Of a stretch of 64,000 nt of DNA, positions 28,300-36,977 are shown piece after piece; the stretch's first letter is position 1, and the number at the start of each line of letters is the position of its first letter. A program made the position numbers and the translations under genes. Where the stretch lies: assembly GCA_023213395.1 (NCBI GenBank), contig CM041465.1, positions 160,711,741 through 160,775,740 of the forward strand, written 5' to 3'. Under the pieces are notes generated by a model. The model was not told the DNA's origin and did not search any database. It saw only the letters and a program-made list of their open reading frames with translations. Origin of the DNA: Cycas panzhihuaensis (Eukaryota > Plantae > Cycadophyta).

Positions 28300-29316
28300 A
28301 ATAGGCTATATTTTAAAGAATTGTATTTGTCTCATCTTTTTAATTTTAGTTGTGATCTCCTTCATTCTTTTACTTTGTAAATTAAAGTAACCCTAGATCC
28401 ACATGCTTGCTCAAATAACTATTCTATGGTTCCCAATATTACTTGGATTCTTGACACAAAGATTGGGATTTAAGAAATCATTTATACCTCATAAAAAGGG
28501 AGGAGGAAAACATGGAGACTTGAACAAACATAGGTGTCAAAGTGTATATTATAAGGGTATTCACTTAGGGGTTAGGAACACCAAAGGAGGTTGGATTTTA
28601 GTTCATTGATCTCCATGCCCTAGCACAACAAGTGATGAGTGGTGGGTTTAATTCCACCTTTGTAACCCTTCTAATGGGTAATGTTAACAACAATGATGTC
28701 CTCTACACTAATCCCCATTGGATGTAAGGAAGCCCAAACAAGATACAATCAAATAGACAAGAAAATCAAGAAAATCAAGAAAGAATAAGAAAGCAAAAAA
28801 ATCTAAACAACGAAAAAGGTCCCAAATTATCTTTTTGGGAAGCTTCTTAATGTTTAGCTCAGGAATCGCAACATAGTCTAAAATATATTTTACAGCCGTG
28901 ATAATGCAAAGAAATTGAATTGAACTATGCTGGAATTTGAATGTTACTTTTGTAAAATAGCCTTCACTCTTTAATCCAAAATATACTCTAAAAATATCAA
29001 GCTGCGGACAGAAGAGGAAACACTTAGGAAGGCGAAAGATCGTGAGCTGATAAACCCAGAGGGCTCAATTCACCTTCAAAGATGATGATATCGAAATTGA
29101 TAAGATAGTTCAAATATTCTGATACAGTTTAAAATATTCGAAGCAAGTCTCAGGCCTTCGACTTGTTAATTGAGAAAGGACAGATTATTTTATAGATCAG
29201 CACCGCCAGAAGTCCATAGAAATGTACAGATGCCAAGTGAAATAGCAGAGAGCTATATCGATATCGGCTTTTGATGCTACCCCAAACAACACAACAATAC
29301 CATGCAAGAACACGGA

Positions 29317-30675
29317 TTACAATTCCGTCAGTGGTGTAAGATTAGGGTAAACTCCCATGAATCTGACTTTTAGAGAATCAACCGCACCTTTCAACAGTGC
29401 TTCATCGTCCCTGAAGTACTCGTTGTACACCTTCAAACAATACTCCTGTCTTCTCTCCATCTCCTCTTTATTCATCTGTCTCAACGTAGGCAAAATCCTC
29501 TGGATCTCAGTAGTTGGAAACTGCAGGATGCATTTGTGCCATTGAACCAGAGTGTCGTACGGCTTCACATAATTGTCAGCGATGAGAACGGGGATTCCTC
29601 CTGCACTTAAAACCTCGGTGAAACGATAGGTGCTGGGCTGTCTGCCTGCAGGGACCAATCCAAAGGTAGAATTCATCAGTTCTCGGTAAGAGAAATTGGC
29701 ATAGCGCAGCGCATCCTCGTCACAGTGATTTAACATGGATTGCGAGAAGCGTCTGGGATGCTTGCAGGTGGTGGCCACGATGACATCGTTGCCGTTGTGC
29801 ATTTCTCTGAAGGAATCGTAGCTCCTCAGGGTTCCCTCGTTGTCTCCTGTGTAACGAGTCCCTCGGAACGTCAGGAAGTATTTTCTTTCGAAGGGCGTTA
29901 GCTTTTGAAACTCCGTCATTCGATACCTGATACGATGAATGCCGCTGACGTCGAATCCTGGACGGTAAATGGTTTCGTGCATGTCCGAGATCAGAAGAGA
30001 AGCGAACCCAATGCTTTCCTCGGGTATTACATTCAGCGCCCATCTGTCCTCCAAACTGACCAGAACATGATTCATTCCGCCGTTCCAATACGGGAGCTCG
30101 CGCGGATGTGGAGAACTCTGGTTTCTTGCGTCTAAGAACACAAAGAAAAGACACGCTCGTTCGGGATCGGTGGTGAACCATTTGGTTTTGCCGATCAGAG
30201 GATAGTAGTCCTGGGGATGATACGGGAGGTCGTATGCGTAGATGAGGAGATCGTCCTGCATGTTGTCGCACTTTGAATAATTGAAGCATACGTCCATTGA
30301 ACAGCGAGGGAACTTGACCGGATAGTGCCATGTCCTTCCTTCAGCGTACCATGGCCCCTGCTGCTTTACGATCTCTTTCACGACCACCGGTTTCTCTACC
30401 ACCTGAACAGGAGACTGCGGGGGGCATGCGGAGATGACCGGATCGCTGCAGTTACATCTGAATTCGGGTGTCCGAGCAGCGCTTTCGTTCTCCGAGGGAA
30501 CGGTAGGGCTTTTTGCACATTCGGCATCTCGCTGAAACAATTTGCTGCGAGCCGAGCTCACGACTGAAAGTTTATTTCCGTCGAGAAGAATCACATTGAG
30601 GTCACAGATGAGGAGGACTGCAATCGCAAATGTCAGCAGCAGAGCGAAAGTCACCAAATTGGCTGTCACACCCAT
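29317..30675 (-). CDS. Exostosin-family (GT47) glycosyltransferase, type II membrane protein, single-exon CDS, 452 aa
   Basis: Intact ORF with an N-terminal hydrophobic anchor and a Pro/Ser stem. Motifs CSMDVCFNYSKC, TTDPERACLFFV, LPYWNGGMNH, YRPGFDVS, RKYFLTFRG, NSTFGLVPAG..YRFTEVLSAGGIPVLIAD. CpG-rich and undecayed, unlike the flanks. Confidence 0.95.
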   Translation of the reverse strand: MGVTANLVTFALLLTFAIAVLLICDLNVILLDGNKLSVVSSARSKLFQRDAECAKSPTVPSENESAARTPEFRCNCSDPVISACPPQSPVQVVEKPVVVKEIVKQQGPWYAEGRTWHYPVKFPRCSMDVCFNYSKCDNMQDDLLIYAYDLPYHPQDYYPLIGKTKWFTTDPERACLFFVFLDARNQSSPHPRELPYWNGGMNHVLVSLEDRWALNVIPEESIGFASLLISDMHETIYRPGFDVSGIHRIRYRMTEFQKLTPFERKYFLTFRGTRYTGDNEGTLRSYDSFREMHNGNDVIVATTCKHPRRFSQSMLNHCDEDALRYANFSYRELMNSTFGLVPAGRQPSTYRFTEVLSAGGIPVLIADNYVKPYDTLVQWHKCILQFPTTEIQRILPTLRQMNKEEMERRQEYCLKVYNEYFRDDEALLKGAVDSLKVRFMGVYPNLTPLTEL

Positions 30676-31360
30676 GGGTGGATTTGCTCCTGAGCTTCAG
30701 ATTAAGGACCGATTTGTAAAATTGCAATGGGACGATCTCGATGTGGTAGGAGAGACTTGCAGATGTGTTTTGGATTCGGCTCTGGGTGAGAATTAATGGG
30801 AGACTTTCGGAGGTGATACGACTTGTAGATGAGACAAAACTGCCATACAACACCACCTACAATGCAGGGCCTACCGAAAGCATTGGATATGCCTCGTGCA
30901 TACGCCGTGGCGGTTGGTTTTGTGTGTTTTTCACTTGTGTTGTATTGAATAAGACACGGTGTACTCAATTTCATAAGCATCCTTTCGAGTACGCGAGGCG
31001 ATCCGGGTACCTGCACATGGTGCTTACGAATATGAATTTTATTTTTTGTGGGTGTAAGATCGGAGACCAGACTTACGAGTGCGTTCAACCCATCCAAGTG
31101 GCGTGTTGTTAACCGACGACCGATGGGGTGAACGGACCCAAACGATGAGCGCAGGATCGTTGAGATCACGTTTATTCTTATGCGCACGGAGGCAGTTAGT
31201 TTTGTAGTTTCTTTCCAAGTGTTATGATCATAACGTGTTTTCGGTGTCGCCTGGTCATTTTTGACCAGTGTTCGTTTCTTTGATTCATACTAGCTTCTTT
31301 TATGTTATTTTTATTTTGGACGTTTCGGGTGTCGTTATGTCTATCCGTATCCGTTTCCTG

Positions 31361-31389
31361 CATACATATATATATATATATATATATAT
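31361..31389. repeat. (TA)n microsatellite
   Basis: Direct reading. Confidence 0.9.
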
Positions 31390-32353
31390 GTATGGATATG
31401 GATGGCGTGCATTCGTAGGTAGTTTATGATCATTTAATTTTTGTTTTTAAAAATTTTCTTTACTAAATTACATTATACAAACAAATAGAATGAAAATGAA
31501 GGGTCATAACGTTATAGAAAAACTAAATAATTATAGACATCCATGAACTAAATACTCTTAAAAATTCATTTTAAGGAATGAAACTAAATTATATTATATA
31601 AGTCAAAAGAGTTAAGATGAAGGTAGTTAATCATAACATTTCAAAAAAATTACAACACATATAGATTGTCTAATTTTAATTTTTTCTTCTACTTGGCATG
31701 CATAGTGGTACAAATTAAATTGATATGATTTATATCATTTTAGTTTAAATTATGTGTTTTAATTTTTTTAAATCATTATACACACACACACATATACAAT
31801 GAATTATATATTGTATTACATTACAAAACAAAAGTACATATTCGAGGAGGTCTTTGAGAAAAGGAATTAGAGAACTAATACAGACTAGAAAATAAGAGGC
31901 AAAAACTACGAATATTAAAAACAAAAAAAAGAGCAAGTAACAAAAGTAATACATGAGCAAATCCTTTATCTAGGGAAATACATAAATGGGCATAATGGCA
32001 TATGCAAAAATGATACCGTCATAGAAGAGTTAGTTGAGCTTGAGCTTATTTGGTATTGTTGACCAATGTTTTTGCCCCTTTTCGAAAGCTATTCAAACAT
32101 GTTGATAGGGTTTGTGAATATTCAATTTAAGTAGACAAAATACATTGGCAATATACGGGTGAAAACCCTTCATTGAAATAAAGGTGACTTATTTGATTAT
32201 TTATAATAATATATAAAATCTATGTACATAATTTATAAATTTGGGAGAAAAAGCAATTATGCATAGTGATGTATAAATCTATAAAATAAGCAAAACTAAA
32301 AGAAGATATATGGTAAGTGAAATAAAAAAGGTGTAATATTTAAGAATGACAAC

Positions 32354-32964
32354 TGTAACGAACCGTTACACCAAAACCCCGAGGTGTTAGTGAAGACCAC
32401 TTAGTAATGGTCTACTTGGTGGGGGGCCCTCTTCACTAACACCTCAGGGTTTTGGTGTAACGATTCGTTACAAGTGGTATCAGAGCCAAGGTCACGGGTT
32501 CGAGTCTCAGAGGGGACGACCTTGGAGGGGACAACCTCGGTAGAACGACGGCATAGTAGTGTTCGTCCGGGGCCCGATGATGCGCGAAATTACAGAGAGT
32601 GGGTCACCAAGAGTGGGTCGCCGAGGCGTCGATGCCCTGTGGGGGAGGTATTGTTACACACTTGGGTGGTCTTCACTAACACCTCGAGGTTTTGGTGTAA
32701 CGGTTCGTTACAAGTGGTATCAGAGCCAAGACCCGGGTTCAAATCCCGTGGGGGCAACACCGCTTATGGGGGCGGTGGGGTGGCCAGCGTTAAGCGTCGC
32801 CGTCGTAAAACGCCATCGTAGCTGTGGCACTGGGGCGCATGAACGCTAGTGAAAGTGGGGCTAGGCGGAGCTAGCCCGTTTGAACCGGGGGGGAGGTAAT
32901 GGTCTACTTGGTGGGGGGCCCTCTTCACTAACACCTCGGGGTTTTGGTGTAACGGTTCGTTACA
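32354..32964 (+). mobile_element. Miniature non-autonomous LTR element (TRIM-like), tandem hetero-dimer with 61-65 bp LTRs and an inverted left terminus
   Basis: TSD ACAAC at 32349-32353 and 32965-32969. LTRs at 32408-32472, 32652-32712 and 32900-32964. Perfect iMet PBS TGGTATCAGAGCC at 32475 and 32715. PPTs GGGGGAGG at ~32641 and ~32889. 32354-32395 is the reverse complement of the 42-bp LTR end. Confidence 0.92.
32693..32746 (+). promoter_or_regulatory. Putative Pol III type-2 promoter (A box TGGTGTAACGG, B box GGTTCAAATCC); second copy at 32453-32507
   Basis: Matches TRGYNNARYGG and GGTTCRANYCY. Start-to-start spacing is 43-44 nt, as in tRNA genes. The arrangement is kept in both units despite otherwise unrelated internal sequences. 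Confidence 0.7.
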
Positions 32965-34734
32965 ACAACTCTTATAAGGATACACCTATAAAACATATTA
33001 ATTCTAACCTAGATCACAACTAAGTTTAAAACGAACCAAAATTACACATACTCTCTAAAAATTTACTTAGAATCCACAGGATAATAACTAAATGAACACT
33101 ATATAAACCCAAAGGTAATAAGACATCAAGAGTAACAAATTGAATTTAGAGCTTAAAAATAATTTTTTTTAGTCTATGTATTTAAAATTTTAGTTGTGTT
33201 TTTAAAAATTAACTCCCTTCAATTCTAAATACATTACCTTATGCTACTATAAATATAAGTAGGATCAATAATGATCTAAACAAGACTTGTAATTGCCCTA
33301 ACAAGTGTCATAAGTACATTTAGGGCTTTTGTAACTCCTACAACACACGTCATCAAACTAATGACAACTTGATGACTCACTAAAGTAATATGAACATTAA
33401 TTCTAACAGAGACACTCCTATATATATTGAGTGTTACCAAGGATACATTAATATTAAATATAACAGTTAGAATTAATGTTTGTACATTATTAAAGTCTAA
33501 TGTTATCTTGAGGGATAATTTATTTAATTAATTAATATGTTAAAAGTTCATTGTATAGATCGTTATCCATTACAACGTTATTGCTCTCATTAGAAACAAG
33601 AGAAGTGCATTACATAAAATTCTAGAGAAGAGAGAGAGGGAATGAGATCATATAGATTCCTATATTATACATTATGATATTAATATATTCCTATTTAGAA
33701 GATGATTTTTCTTCCCTTCAAGGCATTTTCCACCTGTCTACATACTACATTACATGGTTGTATGATTTGTGCATTTAATTTTCTCCATTGATCTCCCTCT
33801 CCAATAATAATAATAGAGACATCATTGAAAAGAGAGAGGAACGTTAAATTTGCATATAAAAACAACTTAAAACATACAAAATTGCATGCATAAACACATA
33901 TACTCCACATAAATCAACTTGTAGGGTCATATGCTAATATAGAAGATTACGTGTAATACTGCATATGTTTGTAGGCATTAATCAAGGTTGTTTTAGGGCT
34001 ACATGAACAACTCAGACACATGTTTAGATAATAGACCTAAATCTAATAGAAATCAATAGAAAGAATGTCTCGATTATAGGGTTAAAAGCTAAAAATAAAA
34101 GAAAATAAATAAATAAATGATGAAGAACTAGCTACCACTTATGAAGGAAAAATAACTATGAGTAAAACACCATAGAAATAGAGTTTTATTGAATCAAGAT
34201 GAAAGAAGAAACTCTATTGCCAACATAAAGGGAGTGAGAATCTTAAAGATAAGCTTGTGAAGCATCAAATTATTAGAATAATGTCTATTGCATAGAAGCG
34301 TATGCGAGAGGTGCCTTAGGAAGTTATAGGTCACCACTAGCCAACGTTGAGCCACCTCAAGTTGCTCGCCAGCTGACAAGGTAAGTTTTGTGGTTTATTT
34401 TACTATTTTTTGAATTTTCCACTAACATTGGGTTGAGGCAGTCTCCTGCCTCCCCAAAATCTATTTATACATGGGGAGTACCTCCCTAGTGTTTTTAAAC
34501 ACCGCCCTCATTATTTGGAGATTGACTAATTCTTGAAATAATGGCTTAAGCTTGTGTAACCTGCTCTATCCTCTAGCTCCAACATTTAGTATTAGAGCTC
34601 TCTAGTTATCCTTTTCATGAGATTTACTACTACATGAGAGTTATGACTGCTCTTTCATGTTGTGGTATGTATATATATATGGTTATATTGCAAATTATTA
34701 AAGTTAATATTATAAAACTATAGAATATATTGTT

Positions 34735-34740
<6 letters not shown>

Positions 34741-34793
<53 letters not shown>
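34741..34793. repeat. (AT)n microsatellite
   Basis: Direct reading. Confidence 0.9.
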
Positions 34794-34798
<5 letters not shown>

Positions 34799-35184
34799 AT
34801 TCATTACGGCACCCAGATCCTTCATCTTCATCGTAATCTTACTTCTCACTAGTCGATCAGAACTATACTATATGACCACTCATTCTGATGATAATTAAAA
34901 TTTTCACCTAATAGAGAATACTGTTTGCTTTTTTGTCTGTCCATCAATGATATATCTTGCCTTGGACATCGGTCTACTCATGGTTTTCCAAAAACATACC
35001 AATTGTTCTTTGGTTTTTTGGCAATTTAGTCATTTTTCTTTAAAAGTTTTTGTCATATTAGAGGATGCCCAATTCCTGCACCCTTCTTAGATTAATTATT
35101 GGATCCCTTTGCCTCCAATATCGATTGATTTGATCACCTTTTTCATCTCTATGTGAGATTTTGGTTCTATTCATTTTTTAAATT

Positions 35185-35187
<3 letters not shown>

Positions 35188-35222
<35 letters not shown>

Positions 35223-35230
35223 ATATACAT

Positions 35231-35286
<56 letters not shown>

Positions 35287-35508
35287 TAGTAGAGCCAATA
35301 AGCTAGGTCATAATGATCTTAATGTGATCGATTTCATCCATAGGACAGATGAAAAGAAAGAAATGATATATATGCATACATACATACATATATATGTGTG
35401 TGTATGTATGTATGTATGCATATATATCATTTCTTTCTTTTCATCTGTCCTATGGATGAAATCGATCACATTAAGATCATTATTACCTAGCTTATTGGCT
35501 CTACTAAT
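35188..35508. repeat. Compound microsatellite (CT/TACA/CA/TA) followed by a near-perfect inverted repeat with ~105-bp arms
   Basis: 35285-35390 is the reverse complement of ~35403-35508 with one visible mismatch. The loop is a short TA/TG repeat. Confidence 0.92.
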
Positions 35509-36977
35509 CGCTTATTACACCCTGTCTCAGCGTCACTACACAACCGCATCTTCTTGAATATAAATATATTTTTCAATATATTTTCTTCAAAAATCTTTTG
35601 CATGATCATGGCATCTATAATGGTGAGTGAACTGATTTGCTTCTTAGAACAATTTTGATTGATTAATTAATTTTTTTAGTGCTTGCAAAGTTGTCATTTA
35701 ACGCTTAGTGAAATATTTTTTTTTTTATAAAGCTAGAAATAAATTCAATCAAATTTGATTTAGCTTTCAAATCTGGCAGTCAATTTGGTGTAGGCCCCTC
35801 TGGCATTAGCACCTAGTCCCATTTCGATCCATGTGACTGTATTCTTCATGTTTGGGGGTGGACTTGAAATATTTGTAAGTTATTTTATATAATTTTTTAT
35901 TTTTCAAAAATTATTTTCTATATTTTATAACCTTTGAAATATGAGCCCCTTTCAGCCCCTAACAATCGGTCACTTTGGCCCCCACATGACTAGGGGCTAG
36001 TCTAGCAAAGGGGCTTAACCCCCCTCGTTCTTTGGGTTTTAACTGAAAGAGGTCCCTATATATTTTCCTTTATAATTTTTGATCTATAACCCTATTTTTT
36101 GAATGAATGGATTCGTCAAAAAGAGTTTTTACTCCTCTATGCATTGGAATATGTTTCACTATGATCTGACACTATTTTGTAGGGTTTTGAAGCTGATAAA
36201 GTCAAAGCTTCTATTTGGTCCTAAGTTGACCTAGTTTTTTATATTTCAAGTAAAAGTTTTACTCTAACTTAGCATATGTGTCTATTATTGAGCTACTAAT
36301 AAACTGTTGGCAAGTTTTTTGCCAATCTTAGAGACTCTTAACTTAATTTTACAGCCATTTAGCTCCATTTTGGATTCTTAAAGAGTTAGAGCCCTGTTTG
36401 GGATTAAAACATTAAACGGGTATCCCCTATAGTTATCATTTTCTATTTTAGCATATAAACTTGAATCTAAAGATCTCTTAAAGTATATTTTTATTTATTT
36501 AAGGTCCTTTTGTCTCCTTAAAGTCTTTCAAGTTATACTTAGATTACATATGATTATTCAAGGAGCATTCTTTTATTACATTCCCACTTATTAAAGAGAC
36601 ATTTACTACAAAATTTATATATTTCAAACTTCTTAATTCGCTAGTAAAAGGCATATTCCAATTGCTTTAAATCCATTTCATTTGAAAGTTAGAAGGTACA
36701 TTATAATGCATAGTTATAAGCTCTTTCTCTTCTACTTTTAAGCATTCTAAGGTATATTTCATTAATCATTTCATTACACAACTACATACTTACTTCATAG
36801 GCCTTTATTTTTAAGATTCATATATTCATTATCTTTTGAAAGGAGTATTGCTTGAATATTATTTTCTTTCTAAAAGGGTATCTGCCTTACATTCTTTAAG
36901 GAACTGCTTACCTATTTTGATCAAGAAGACATTTGAATAGTGAAACAAAATTATAGATTTAATCTTTGAGGTTCTCC

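Noticed and set aside
31011-31076. 5' UTR intron of the GT47 gene
   Set aside because: GT/AG sites exist, but the interval is short and A-rich without a pyrimidine tract. It needs RNA evidence.
29357-31187. Overlapping alternative-frame and antisense ORFs around the GT47 gene
   Set aside because: No recognisable domains; these are expected shadows of a GC-richer coding region.
32555-32595. Hammerhead ribozyme (retrozyme) suggested by CCGATGA-TGCGC-GAAA
   Set aside because: The core should be CTGANGA. Stem II cannot form and no NUH cleavage triplet fits stem III.
32685-32760. Functional tRNA gene or Cassandra 5S-derived LTR
   Set aside because: There is no acceptor or anticodon stem because the PBS occupies that position, and I see no 5S rRNA similarity.
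32431-32964. CRISPR-like array (three 42-bp repeats with unique spacers)
   Set aside because: Spacers are ~200 bp and contain PBS and PPT, the context is eukaryotic, and there are no cas genes. LTR structure explains it.
35153-35557. 134-aa ORF
   Set aside because: It is a translation of microsatellites and the palindrome.
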